Origin: Eledone cirrhosa
Taxonomy: Eukaryota
Direction of reading: 5' to 3'
Assembly (NCBI GenBank): GCA_964016885.1
Contig: OZ024742.1
Location: 91,512,001 to 91,576,000 of the forward strand
DNA length: 64,000 bases
In this document: positions 52,481 through 64,000 of the stretch, piece after piece
Layout of the letters: every line of letters starts with the position of its first letter
How positions within the stretch are numbered: position 1 is the stretch's first letter
The notes under the pieces: model-generated
What the model was told of the DNA's origin: nothing
What the model saw: only the letters and a program-made list of their open reading frames with translations
Databases searched by the model: none
Translations under genes and position numbers: made by a program

Positions 52481-53536
52481 ATTAATTTATTAATTGTGAT
52501 TTGAAGAATGTTAATGAAATTTATGGTCAGCTCAGGCTTCTGTCTGCTACTTGTACCACGGTCGAGTTGTCAGCGACTAAACCAGCACATCAATAGACAT
52601 TTGCCTGGTGAGGATGGTAAATGAACGTCCGGCAGCACCAAAACAAGAGTGTTAAACGGGCGGATGAATTCCTCAGAGTCAACAGTCATCCACACCATCT
52701 ATGGATTTAGTAGCTTCACCAACGCGCAATTGGCCAAGTGTGGTGAGTACGGCCATATCCCTGGCACGACCAAAACAAAACAGAAACCAGTGAAGGTCAA
52801 CCAGGGAGGGTTTCCTCCAACGTGAGTAAAACGGCGCTGGATTAGATTGGATTTGAATGATAAATTAATATAAAACTTAATATTATATAAGTTGTGGCGT
52901 ATACGTGAATACAAGTGTTAAATTAATATATGGCTGTTAATGTTATGTAACCAAATGTGTTTGTATACAAGATTACTAATGTTAAATAAGAATAAAGCTG
53001 TTAATTTTACACAATGTATTGTGTAGTATAAATAACAACTACTGTTAAATAAGTATAAGGCTTTTAATGTAATAAATTTTGTTGTATACAAAAGTATTTT
53101 TTCTTGCCAGTGTGTGTGGTGGGTAGGATGAAGGAAGGAAGGATCGGTATGGAGAAATGAGAAGTTCGGTAATACAGAAACCCTGTTCACAACCTCACAT
53201 CCAGGGAGAGACACATATTAGTGTATGCTATTTCTAATCAATCATATATCAATGTGATCCATTAGCGAGTGATCAGAACTATTGATTGCTGGTGAGTGTG
53301 TAATAGTCACTTAAATCGACCAGATTAGGCGACTCGTACTTATTACCTCATCTTATGTGAAAAACTATATAAACACGCTAAAATAAACAGTTTAGTATGG
53401 TAAAATCAAATGCAATTTCAAGAGATATGTTGGCTGTTGGAGAGCAAGTAATTTATTTAATGATAATGTGCCATGTAGTATGATCATTTTTGTAGCTCTT
53501 GATGCTGGCAATAACCTTGTGTAGTTTCTTTTGCTA

Positions 53537-53680
53537 AGGTGGCGAATAGGCAGACTAGTTAGTGTGTCGGATTGAAAATGCCTCGGTATTCGTTGTTGCG
53601 CTCAAATCCTACAGACGTCAACTTTGCCTCATCCTTTTGAGATCAGTAAATAAAATAGTTGTCCAGTGCTGGGATTGATT
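53537..53680 (+). mobile_element. Decayed SINE family 1
   Basis: aggtggcgaataggcagac..caaatcctacagacgtcaactttgcctcatcc. Confidence 0.6.
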
Positions 53681-53897
53681 TTTCCTCTATATTGCTTGAT
53701 CACTTTACTTTCCTTTCTCTTGAAGAATTTGTCTGTGTTCCGATCTTAACAGGTACGGGTTCCGCCAGATTTAAACCACTAAAGATACGGTGTGCGTCAT
53801 GACGGCGCCCTACGAGTCCAAAAAGAGTTAAGGCCTCCTTGACTTTACCTAATGTTTTACTGTTTGCTCTTTTTCCTTCTGTTCAAATCTACTAACG

Positions 53898-54230
53898 ACC
53901 GCAAGCATGTTTGCGTGATTAAGAACGTCAGGTCGCATCGATGTGGTTCCGAGATCGATCACGTACCGAAATGTCTAAGGAAAGAGACTTTACCTTAGCC
54001 TCGGTTAGGCCCGAAACATGTGAGTGAAATTGAGTTGATAAAAACTCCGTGGAAGCCCGTCAGATGGATTGTACCAATAAATCAAACATCATACAATCTT
54101 GTTACATATTGTGTCAAGCTGATTCGACTTGAGAATTACCTTAAATGCACACGAATCTGTAGAAAACAAACACATTCACGTTAATTTCATGAGCTGACCA
54201 TTGAGTTAATCAAACGGCTTATCTTCGAAA
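53898..54230 (+). mobile_element. Decayed CORE-type SINE family 2
   Basis: tRNA-like head; tail gagaattaccttaa..cacgttaatttcatgag..gttaatcaa is complementary to 746-900. Confidence 0.5.
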
Positions 54231-54250
54231 TCAATGGCTATTATTGTTAC

Positions 54251-54410
54251 TACGAGAGTCGGCCAAAAAGTTTATATGCGGACCAAGATACTCTCATGGA
54301 ATGGCCAAATGAGGTTTCTTTTTGAACAATGCCTGGAAAGAAACAATGCAGTTATTAATACGAAGATCCGAAATTAATGTATGCATGATTTCAGTTTTAA
54401 CATTACACCT
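54251..54410. mobile_element. Mariner-like MITE fragment
   Basis: TIR-like start TAcgagagtcggccaaaaagtt; the internal part is shared with 33838-33960. Confidence 0.45.
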
Positions 54411-56564
54411 TTGTGATTATGAATATTACTCTTAACACAAGTATTCCTACTGTTTTGTTCTACTTGAAAAAAAGAATAATAATTGTTCAAGGTAAGCTTA
54501 ATAAGTGTACTTAGCTGATGAAATCTAATATTAACGGATCAGAGTAAAGTACATCCTAACAATGAAAAATTAATTGTGAAATAAATTTTAATTTTTTCGT
54601 TACTATATTTCTAAAGTAAGACAGCCCGTGTTCTCAAACCATTTTGATAGCAATCAAGAATTTAAAGAGTTTAGTAAAATAATTTAATTTCGCATTGTTT
54701 ATTTGGTGTTTTGAGCATAGCTTACCAAATGTTCTTACATAAAATTATGATGGGAGGTTTTTAGATGATAAAAATGCTTTAGAAGCAATATTAATGAAAG
54801 ACATTGATTTCCAAATAATTTTGAAAATCACAAATTTGGAAGGATTTATTTATATAATCAACTAATTATTAAGCTTTTATTATAGAAAATTAGAATGCTT
54901 CAGAGAAATATAAATACTTTACATTTTGTATGAGAGAATCGGAGAGTGGGTGCTTTGGTACCAAAATAGTTAATTTTAAATTTTAAATTTCTCTATTATT
55001 AGATTCACTACTGTTTAGTTTTTGTTTTATCTTTCCAATTAAGAGGCAAATTTAAATTCATTGAAAATTATGTTTTAATGTCATTCTGTCTGTAGATCAT
55101 CACCTACACAAACTATGCCACAACTAGCTGGGTCACGCATCACAACTCACTCATCACGCCATCAGTGTGTTGATGATGGTACTAGTGATGAGTTCGTAAC
55201 CGTGTAGATCTGAAAGACACACCTGGTAACCTCTAAATAATAAACAACAACAATGCAATAAACAATAACGACAACACGATAGTCATTTCACAGTTTATTT
55301 ATTTATATTCTTCTTGACCATAAGAATAAGACTAGCTTAAAGGTTTCATACAGCAAAAACCATGTTTAATGTGTGTGTATGTAATTATAAGAAATACTGG
55401 AATACGAAATAGGAAGATTTGGAGTGTGTGTGTGTGTGTGTGATGTGTTTCTATATGTTAATTTTTTTTTCAAAATAATAAGGTCTGGTTATTGACTGGA
55501 AATTCGAATATTAATAGGTCTAAAACAAGACCTGGCAAGAGGACAACTGTGTCTCTTGGTAGAGATGTACAATTAACAATATTAAATTGTCTCCCTGGAC
55601 CAAACAAGGTGGGATCTCTGACCCTCTTGTTATTTAAACATGTAGAATTAGCTATATTAAAGTGGACAACACAAGGTTAACAACTGTATCCCTTGATACA
55701 AATGTATAATTTCCTAATTTACTGTTGGAAAAAAGTACAAAAACAAAAAAAAAATTAATAGAACTTAATGCTTTATGAGTAAGAGTTAGACTTGTCTATT
55801 TACACCTGTTTACTCGTGCATAGATTGGACACAGCCACTATCTTATAAGGGTTTCGCGGGCGTTATACGATTGCGAGCAAAGGACTCTTCCCTGGACAAA
55901 GACATCTGTCCGTTGCAGGGCTAACCCTCATCCCAGCTGCCGCTGGCACTCCTTTTCGGCTGAGCAAACTGTAGTAAAATGAAATGAAATATTTTTCTCA
56001 AAGTCACAACGCATCAACCGGTCTGGAAATACAATCCACGACTTTAAGAATGTGAGTCCCAAACCCTACCCTCTCTGCCAAGCATCTTCAAAGTTTTATA
56101 GCTAGTTAAAATAACAATATGGGAAAGGGTCTCAAATAAAATTTTAAAACTGTGCCCCACATCATAGATATAACCTAATCTAGTGTTATACTTATGACAG
56201 TCAAATAAGATACACTTCTTTTACTCTGTATATCAATTTTGTGGAGCGTGGGGAGAATTATAAAAATATGAAGTAGCGACAATAAAAAATACCAAAAACA
56301 AACAATTAAAAATTAGACAATTAAAAAAAAAACTTTGGCACCAAGTCAAAGATTTTAAACTAAATATTTCAAAATATGTTTTGCTTTACTAACGAATCTG
56401 CCAATAGATAGTACTAAATAATATGGCGAAATCAAAAGCTCATACATTGACATGTGTGCTTCTTTTATTCTTGATGTTATTGGAAAAGTAAATTTAACTA
56501 TAGACCGTGAGACAATTAATAATGATAATAATAATAATAATAATAATTATTATTATTATTATAA

Positions 56565-56800
56565 TGATTTCTTGTATAGGCACAAGGCCAGTAATTTTTT
56601 TTTTTTGGGGGGGGGGCATTAAATCGACCCAGTGAATTACTGGTGCTTTATTTTATCGACCCCGTAAGGATGGAATGCAAACCTCGACCTTTCGTCCTTA
56701 CGGGGTCGATAAAATAAAGCACCAGTAACGTACTAAGGTCGATTTAATCGACTTTCCCCTCCCACCAAATTATTGGCCTTGTGCCTATACTAGAATTATT
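56565..56800. mobile_element. Palindrome of two 5'-truncated SINE family 1 copies with tails pointing outward
   Basis: tactggtgctttattttatcgaccccgtaagga / tccttacggggtcgataaaataaagcaccagta; AAT/ATT tracts on both sides. Confidence 0.88.
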
Positions 56801-57191
56801 ATTATAATACTAAGATAATAATAAACAAATAAATAGAAAAAAAAAAGAAAAACAGAATAAGAAGAGCAACAACAGCAGTAGCAATAACAGCAGAAGTTTT
56901 TTCGTTAATACAGTTAGTTGTAATTGTGTAACTTCAGTTTCTTCAAAATCCATAGGAATTCTCTTTTTCCGCATTTTTGTGGAAAGAAAGAAAAGTTTGA
57001 ACCGATTGCATTTATTCTTATGTATATTATTGATACTTATTTTAACTATTTATTAACAATTAACAACAAATTCGACTTCAAAATGTCTTGCGCTCAGAAC
57101 ATAAATAGAAAAAATTAATACAAAGCATCTAGTCGAGAGATCCAGCTTTTCTACCGACTATACCACACTCATTTTTTTTCTATAATTTAGG

Positions 57192-60100
57192 TCACTTTCT
57201 TCTTGTTTTATTGGATGCAGCAGTTTGATCCTGCTCGTGTATTTTCTTGTGTGCAACAAGGTTACTTCGTGTTCGAAACGTTACAGAGCATTTTTGACAT
57301 TTTAAGGTTTCGACGACTGTGTGCGCACGTTCATGTGCCATTAAATTTTTACGTTGAGAAAAAGCTCGTCCACATGTGGCACAAACGTGAGGCTTTACCG
57401 CAGTATGCGTGTAAGAATGCCGCAACAAATGAGTACTAGATACGAAGCCCTTCTCACATACATCACACTTGAATGGTCGTTCGCCTGTATGCCCACGAGT
57501 ATGGTAGAGTAACTGGGAAGGTTTCTTGAATTGTTTTGAACAGTATTCACACCGAAGTGGTGGTCGCTTTTTCCTTTTACGAGATGTTATTTTAGATTTG
57601 CCACGATTAACATTCTTGGTTGATTTACTACCTTTACTACCTCTCTGTGATATGATATGTTCCACATGTGATACGATATCGCCAACATTTTTTGTGATAT
57701 TCTTATAAGAATCAAGATTTCTAGAAACTACTGTGGTCTCAGCGGTTGATTCTAACTTCGAAATGGCACAATCATCATGAATGCAATCTTCGCCAAGATT
57801 TAAATGTTTTTTGTAAAGCTCTTCAGATTTAGATGTCTTCACGGTCGAACGCGTTTTTCGGTGTCTTTTCTTATAATTCGATCCAGTTAAATGCATTTTC
57901 ATTTGAAGGTCTTTTCTTGAACTTGTTTCCTCGGCATCATTATTCATTGAGAAGCGAACATTTCTATTTATTCGACGCTTTTGTTTCGGAGATACATTAG
58001 TATTTTTAAGCATTCCATTTAGTGATGTCTTCGTGTCAGAATTGAGAGTATCCTCTGTATATTCAGTAGACTGTAATGACTGAAAGTTGCTTACATTATT
58101 CTGCAGCCTACAGCAGTCCACCACTAAAGTTTTTCGACTGTCACCAGTGTTTAATCTATTAGTTTTCATGTGCTTCCGTATCACTGGAAGTTTGGAAGAC
58201 GTAGAGTCCCATATCTTTAATAAGTTAGCGTTAGATTTAGAATGCTGAGGAAAAGTGGCATCTCTGTAATTGATGTTAGAAGTTCCTGAGCCGTTTTCCG
58301 ATTCTATTTCATTTTCCTGAACTGTAGTCGTCTGAAACAGTATATCGAATATATTGTTGTTCCCGTCAATTATGTTAAAGTTTTCTTCTTCCTTTAAAAG
58401 TTTTGTTGTCTTGAGAAGAATCGGATCCTCTTCAAAATTAATAGACTTGATTTTCAGTATCTCTCCCCCTTTCGAAGACTTCCGTTTCTTGTTTACCACT
58501 GTTGTTAATTCAGATGACAAACGACAATGTTTTGCACCGTTGTCAGTTATCAATTGTTCTTGGTATACACTTTCGTTTTTACCATCTTGAAACCGGCTGT
58601 CATCAGTTGTAAGTTCATTAAATGCTATCACCTTCTTCAGCTTTGAAATATCTAGTACTTCCGTCGTGTTGATTAGTTTTAATACATTGCCTTCTTTAGT
58701 ATTTTCTTGCTGGAATGTCAAGTTGTAATTCCTTCTGGAATGTGGCTGAGATTTAGATTTCTTAAAAGAATTGACATTCGACGTGTGTTTTCTTTCATTA
58801 GATTTATCTAAGGAGCCCATGATGTTGGTGTAATTCTCTGAATGGTCATTGCTTTCAGCAGTAATCATCTGAACTTGACCAAATAGATCGGGTTTATCAG
58901 CCTTGTTTCGTGCATGTCGGTTATATTTTTCTCTTAGTCTCTTATTATCGTTAATATCGGGAGACGTTTCTTTTGGACTTGACAGTAAAACTGATCTCAC
59001 CATCCAATCGAAACAACTATTGTTATCATTATCATTATTTAGATTGATATTTATTTTTGAAATATAATTCTTAAATGACGTTTCCATTTTCAGAACTTTT
59101 TCTTTTGAAAAACAGCATTTGGAGGATTTATTTTTAAAGTCAGATTCAGGTAGCATGGAGCGAGATCTTAACGAATTAGAATATACTTTAGTGATTATAG
59201 AACCACTCGCCGAAGAACGATTTCTTCCCCGGAAGTATTTATTTTCTTTTAATTTGCTGATTTTTCTCCTTGCTTTAGAGCTGTCTTCTGAATCAAGTAT
59301 TTCGGACATCTCAATATCTCTATCGATAAACATGAGATTTACATCTTCATCCGTGCAGGGCTCTGTCGGAAAGGTACGTTTCAATGTTTTACGTTCTTCA
59401 GGAGTTTCAGCGTTAATTGTAAGTTTTGTACTGTTTCCAGATTTGTTTGTACGATGGATATCTTTAACTTGATTATCGTATATTTTCTTTGTAGTTACAG
59501 ACATCTTTGATTGAATATAAGCTTTCTGATTTTCCTCCTCATCTTTCTTCTGTTGATTCGCCCTTCTTAAAATAATAGCTCTTTTGGGTTTTATAATTTT
59601 CGATTGGTTACGCTTTTTAAAAGAAGAAATGCATTTTTCAACAGGGGGTTCTGACTTGGTGAAAATTCTGTTATGGTCCAGGTCGACACTACATACACCA
59701 TAATAACACCCTCTTTTTTCACTTACAAGAGGCAATCTCGACGACTTTCGGCATGAGCTTCTGGTATTTGATTTCACAGGTGAAACCTTTGCTATATCAT
59801 ACCCACTCTCCTCCGTTCCGTCTGGTGAGGTGTGTTCTAGTGAGACATGAGTTACTCTTTTTCCTCCATTACTGGTAAATAGAGAATTTGAATGATTTTC
59901 CGCAACATTTGAATCACTTTTATCTCCTCCCAGAAGATATTTTGAGTTCTCCGAAGCGTTTGTATGGACACTTACAAAATTGAAGAAAATATCTTCATCA
60001 CTTTCTGTCCCCAAACCCATGATATAATCCCCTGTGCTTTCTTCTACGAAGCCATCATCACTAGTAGAGGACAACGTCGCCAGATTATCTGCATTTTCTA

Positions 60101-63100
60101 TATTGCATTTTCTCTCCTCTTTCTTACTTCGTGGTTTCCTTACAACATTAGTTCCTTTGATATTATATTTTCTTGGTCTACCAACGCTTTTTTTCTTTGG
60201 TTTTCCCGCTAAACTGGTATTACAACTCATATCATATACCTTTTTATCGTGAACTATTTTCCTTTGCTGGCTTCGCCCTGCACGTCCGGATTTATTAGGC
60301 GTCTTAGTGAAATGCTCTTCTTCCATCATTGCCATTTTTCCCACGGTTTCAAAATATGCTGCTAGCTTGGCTTTCTTCGCTTCTATATCCACTTGGTTTG
60401 TGCTTTTACTCGCCATTTGTTTCATATCAGCGCCGCCGCAAATATTTCTACTGATAACAAGTTTTATGTTTCTATATTCATCAGCACGACTAGTGAGGAT
60501 GATTTTCACCAATTCAGTGTAATCTTTTGTAAATTCATTTCCATCTAGAGGGTCTTCACCGGTGGGTCGATCTCTTTGGATGCTTAACGCGTCTATATCT
60601 GTCAAAACAGTTTTCTCCGTACTATTTTCGTTGGATACATTTTTTGTTTCTGTCGCATTTTCTGAAATATCTGTTGCTGTTGCTGCTGATTGATGCTCAA
60701 CATCTTTATTTCCGGACGATGATGCGTCTGTTTTTATTTCAGATGTCTTCAATAGAATTTCTTTAATACTCCGATATCTTTCAGCGCTGCAGTTCTGCAG
60801 ACCCTGAACAATGTTTGCATAACTTATGAGAAAGTTGTCAAAATCAGATTCAGTTTTTGATAATTGGGATTTAATATCTTCGAAACAAAGTCTGGCATTT
60901 TCCATTATAGTTGGATTGACATTTCCAGGTGTAACTTTTTTCTCTCGAAGTGGAGGAGGAGGAGGGAGTTTAAACAAAGGTGGGGGTGGGGGAGGATAAA
61001 TAGGTAAAGGTATACATGGTCGAATCATGGCAATTGGAGACGAACTTTTCTTTTTGGAAATATTACTTCTGCTTTGCTTATCAAATATTACTGTTTCTCT
61101 TCTAAAAATTTGAACAGAGCGTGGGTGACGCTCTTCCACCAATTTAGTTACAGTTTTAGATGTATGTTCTGGTTTTGTCTGCTCTGAAACACAAGTTACA
61201 TTAGATAATTCAGCAGATGAGAGAACCAGTTTCAAAGAATCTTCAGTTACATTACATGAATCATTAAGACTGTGTTTGCCATCTTCATGTGTAACTGTCG
61301 GTTTATTGATAGAAACGCCATTTCTACTCGACGGCCACATATTAGGCGAGCCACTATAATTTGATAGACATTTTCTAATTGAAGATTTTTGCTGAGATTT
61401 ATCTTTTGTCGATTTAAACAGTAGATAGGGACATTTCCACGATGCATTATTTGTTTTCTGACGTTTATCTAGCTTCTTTTTTAATTCTAAATATGATTTC
61501 ATCTGTCGTTCCTCTTGGCTCAGATTTGAACATTCATCACACCAACCATTTGCATCTTCACTATTTTCTCCTAACTCTTTTTTATTGGTTAATTGCGACG
61601 GAGCCTCTGAAACATAAATATTTGTTACGTTTTTATTATCATCATCTAATTGTGCGTTACAATCTGAACTACTCGGAACATCACTATGTATTCGAGAACC
61701 TTCATCCCCGTTCATTTCACTCATATGTTTTTGGGAATCATTTGAATGATTCAGAATAGTTTCAATAACCGTTTGGCTACAAGCTGCCTGAACACTTTTT
61801 TCATTTTCATCTCTCTTTGGATTAATTTTAATTTCAGTCTCTGGTGTGGTTACTACTTCATTTAGCGAATCACACACTTGTTGAATACTTTCATCTTTTC
61901 CATCCATGTTTGCATTCTTTTTAATTCTACTTTTAGACGTCTGTTTTGCTTGCAATGCTGTGTTCATTGATGTTTCTCCTTTGGTTTCTTCGTCCAATCG
62001 TGGCGTTTTGCGTGGTCGTCCACGTGGTCTTCGAAAAAGTTGTTTTACATCTTTGGTTTTTCCAGTACTTGAGCTTACAGTTGTATTCGCTAAACCAATA
62101 TTCACCAACTGTTTTTTACTGGAACACTTACCGACATCATAAAGATTTCTGGAATTAGAATCCCAGTTATCAATGAGCAAACTCATCAATGGCCTACCAT
62201 CATTATTTGATTCTGAACCATTGTCATATTTGAAACTATTTTCTTTTTGAAGTCCAGGTTTCTTTACATATTTACCTTTGTTGATTTCGAAATCACTGAT
62301 CGACTCAGCAAGCTGATAAGCTGTTTTTGATGTGCATCGGTCCGAAAACCTTTTTGTAACTTCTGGATCATAAAATGAAATTTTCTTTTGTTCTGACACC
62401 AACGCTGACGAGCCATTTATAGACCCAGCACTCTTGCTTCTTCTTTTGGGGGTATGTGGATTACTATCGATCCGTGAAATCATGTCCGTTGCGTATAAGG
62501 TTTGTCCCGGAGAACATTGGTAGGTTGCCCTTTCACTTGGATATCTTTGGCTCATAATTCCACTTTGTGTTGTAGGATATACATGGGTGCAAACTGGATG
62601 TTTTAGTGATGAACAGATGCCCTCACTTTGATTTTTGGAATACTTCATTTGGTTATCATATTGAAACGCTGACTTATAACCATCGTTTGTAGACACAGAT
62701 GTAGCATAAAAGGAGGTGTTGGAAGGGGTTGGATTAGGGGACATATTGATATGCTGGTTGTTCGCAGAATGGTGGGTCATGAAACGATCTGGCGTTTGGG
62801 TAGTATTTCCAAAATTCGAGACAAGCTTTTCGATATAATCATTCTCTTTTTGAACATTATTCGCAGAAGTTATAGACGCAGCATCCTCAAAGCTTTCATC
62901 AAAGGCCGAGTTGTAATCGTGGTAGTAGTCAAGATCATTTGTCAGGAGACTGGCCAAGAAAACAGGATCATAATCTGAAAGCAAGAATGATTCATCAGCC
63001 ATCATGTCCGCCGATTGATCTCCCTTAGACCCATCAGGTGTTAAAAGGTGCTTATCGTCAACTAAACCGGGCTCAAGAACGTCATTATCTGAAAAAATAA

Positions 63101-64000
63101 AATTGGAATCATTAAGATCTTTCAAAGGATTTTCTGCTCCACACCGCTTATATTTTGATATTTGCTGAGCGATTGAAGGGTCGTTTATGTTTTGAAAATC
63201 TTTTCCAGTTTGTTCACGAGGAACTGATGGATATTCTGACAGAAAGCAATTACCTTGAGACGCTTGTGAACTGACTGAAGGTAGACTGCCTGTAGTAAAA
63301 GCGCTCAAATTCGGACGCTGAATATTATCATTTGTTATTGATTTTGTAGTCATTACCATATTATTTTGCTCATTATGTTGAAATCCTATATTTTGGTTTA
63401 AAAGAGGCTGAGTGATGTTGTACAACTGCTTTTGCAGAAACTGGCCGTTCTCGGAAACATTTCCATTATCTTTTGGTTCAGATGTCGGCGCCGATAAACT
63501 GGAGCGGATTTCTTGTTGCTGGACTAGGTGACATAGTTTTGCTGAGCCTCCCATATCTTTGTCGACATTCAGCAGGCCACAGGAATCATTGCTAGTGGGT
63601 ATTGGAAACCACGGTATAATGCTTTTAAAATTATCTTCATGAATATTTTCTGTGTTATAATGGGATTGTGTAAGCGATTTCTCTGAATTATTGGCAGGTT
63701 TGAAAGATCTATGCATATTATTTGCCGTAGAACCAACTTGTATATAATTATTCGGGTTCAGGCTAGATTGATTCTTTCTGTTGATTTTCTTTTCTTTTAA
63801 AGAACTTTTCGAAAAGCGAGACGTTTTATTACAGACATCATTTTCAGCATGGTTTCTGACTTGATTTTGTTGTAGATATATATTGGAATTCGATCTCTCA
63901 TTAGTACTGTTGTGTTGTGATGTGGGCTCTAATCTTGGTTGGAAACTGCTTTCGGTCAAATATTGTTTTGGTGAGATTCCATTGTCTGTTCTTACATTCG
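57192..64000 (-). CDS. Large AT-hook / C2H2 zinc-finger protein (4 C-terminal fingers); terminal coding exon, 5'-incomplete in this window
   Basis: Open frame of >2260 codons that stays open past the TTG at 63959 to the window edge; RRPRGRPRK (~62010-62035), VGRPRK (~60170-60186), a poly-Pro stretch, and four CxxC-x12-HxxxH fingers with a TGERPF linker (~57240-57555). Confidence 0.93.
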   Translation of the reverse strand, partial: NVRTDNGISPKQYLTESSFQPRLEPTSQHNSTNERSNSNIYLQQNQVRNHAENDVCNKTSRFSKSSLKEKKINRKNQSSLNPNNYIQVGSTANNMHRSFKPANNSEKSLTQSHYNTENIHEDNFKSIIPWFPIPTSNDSCGLLNVDKDMGGSAKLCHLVQQQEIRSSLSAPTSEPKDNGNVSENGQFLQKQLYNITQPLLNQNIGFQHNEQNNMVMTTKSITNDNIQRPNLSAFTTGSLPSVSSQASQGNCFLSEYPSVPREQTGKDFQNINDPSIAQQISKYKRCGAENPLKDLNDSNFIFSDNDVLEPGLVDDKHLLTPDGSKGDQSADMMADESFLLSDYDPVFLASLLTNDLDYYHDYNSAFDESFEDAASITSANNVQKENDYIEKLVSNFGNTTQTPDRFMTHHSANNQHINMSPNPTPSNTSFYATSVSTNDGYKSAFQYDNQMKYSKNQSEGICSSLKHPVCTHVYPTTQSGIMSQRYPSERATYQCSPGQTLYATDMISRIDSNPHTPKRRSKSAGSINGSSALVSEQKKISFYDPEVTKRFSDRCTSKTAYQLAESISDFEINKGKYVKKPGLQKENSFKYDNGSESNNDGRPLMSLLIDNWDSNSRNLYDVGKCSSKKQLVNIGLANTTVSSSTGKTKDVKQLFRRPRGRPRKTPRLDEETKGETSMNTALQAKQTSKSRIKKNANMDGKDESIQQVCDSLNEVVTTPETEIKINPKRDENEKSVQAACSQTVIETILNHSNDSQKHMSEMNGDEGSRIHSDVPSSSDCNAQLDDDNKNVTNIYVSEAPSQLTNKKELGENSEDANGWCDECSNLSQEERQMKSYLELKKKLDKRQKTNNASWKCPYLLFKSTKDKSQQKSSIRKCLSNYSGSPNMWPSSRNGVSINKPTVTHEDGKHSLNDSCNVTEDSLKLVLSSAELSNVTCVSEQTKPEHTSKTVTKLVEERHPRSVQIFRRETVIFDKQSRSNISKKKSSSPIAMIRPCIPLPIYPPPPPPLFKLPPPPPLREKKVTPGNVNPTIMENARLCFEDIKSQLSKTESDFDNFLISYANIVQGLQNCSAERYRSIKEILLKTSEIKTDASSSGNKDVEHQSAATATDISENATETKNVSNENSTEKTVLTDIDALSIQRDRPTGEDPLDGNEFTKDYTELVKIILTSRADEYRNIKLVISRNICGGADMKQMASKSTNQVDIEAKKAKLAAYFETVGKMAMMEEEHFTKTPNKSGRAGRSQQRKIVHDKKVYDMSCNTSLAGKPKKKSVGRPRKYNIKGTNVVRKPRSKKEERKCNIENADNLATLSSTSDDGFVEESTGDYIMGLGTESDEDIFFNFVSVHTNASENSKYLLGGDKSDSNVAENHSNSLFTSNGGKRVTHVSLEHTSPDGTEESGYDIAKVSPVKSNTRSSCRKSSRLPLVSEKRGCYYGVCSVDLDHNRIFTKSEPPVEKCISSFKKRNQSKIIKPKRAIILRRANQQKKDEEENQKAYIQSKMSVTTKKIYDNQVKDIHRTNKSGNSTKLTINAETPEERKTLKRTFPTEPCTDEDVNLMFIDRDIEMSEILDSEDSSKARRKISKLKENKYFRGRNRSSASGSIITKVYSNSLRSRSMLPESDFKNKSSKCCFSKEKVLKMETSFKNYISKININLNNDNDNNSCFDWMVRSVLLSSPKETSPDINDNKRLREKYNRHARNKADKPDLFGQVQMITAESNDHSENYTNIMGSLDKSNERKHTSNVNSFKKSKSQPHSRRNYNLTFQQENTKEGNVLKLINTTEVLDISKLKKVIAFNELTTDDSRFQDGKNESVYQEQLITDNGAKHCRLSSELTTVVNKKRKSSKGGEILKIKSINFEEDPILLKTTKLLKEEENFNIIDGNNNIFDILFQTTTVQENEIESENGSGTSNINYRDATFPQHSKSNANLLKIWDSTSSKLPVIRKHMKTNRLNTGDSRKTLVVDCCRLQNNVSNFQSLQSTEYTEDTLNSDTKTSLNGMLKNTNVSPKQKRRINRNVRFSMNNDAEETSSRKDLQMKMHLTGSNYKKRHRKTRSTVKTSKSEELYKKHLNLGEDCIHDDCAISKLESTAETTVVSRNLDSYKNITKNVGDIVSHVEHIISQRGSKGSKSTKNVNRGKSKITSRKRKKRPPLRCEYCSKQFKKPSQLLYHTRGHTGERPFKCDVCEKGFVSSTHLLRHSYTHTAVKPHVCATCGRAFSQRKNLMAHERAHTVVETLKCQKCSVTFRTRSNLVAHKKIHEQDQTAASNKTRRK

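Noticed and set aside
52520-53215. Gag zinc-knuckle / LTR retrotransposon remnant (KCGEYGH)
   Set aside because: Only a partial motif, with no PBS, paired LTRs or ORF; too weak to call.
57203-62978. Plus-strand ORFs overlapping the zinc-finger gene, and TTG at 63959 as the start codon
   Set aside because: The plus-strand ORFs are antisense shadows of a long ORF. The minus frame stays open to the window edge, so the true start or splice acceptor lies outside the window.

Overview
This is eukaryotic, AT-rich, microsatellite-dense animal DNA. The SINE families resemble those I recall from octopus/coleoid cephalopods; this is an inference, and no search was run. Only one host coding region is supported: an intron-free ORF of at least 6.8 kb (57192 to the window end, minus strand) encoding AT-hook motifs and four C-terminal C2H2 zinc fingers. 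The other 57 kb are transposon-derived. They hold one apparently intact RTE-clade LINE inserted in (TA)n, several Penelope-like element (PLE) copies and relics, Tx1/L1-, R4/Dong- and CRE-like relics, and two tRNA-derived SINE families. Almost all short ORFs in the supplied track are microsatellite artefacts. Two things stand out. First, there is a recurrent architecture of about a dozen 0.1-1.9 kb fold-back palindromes, mostly with 3' ends pointing outward into (TA)n. They are built from a PLE 3' end and several short non-coding families, several of which carry hammerhead-ribozyme motifs, including a variant with a ~115-nt stem II. Second, the palindrome at 44.2-44.5 kb carries a dense cluster of A>G/T>C substitutions in both arms that resembles ADAR hyper-editing fixed in the genome. 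Repeat boundaries were read by eye and are approximate.
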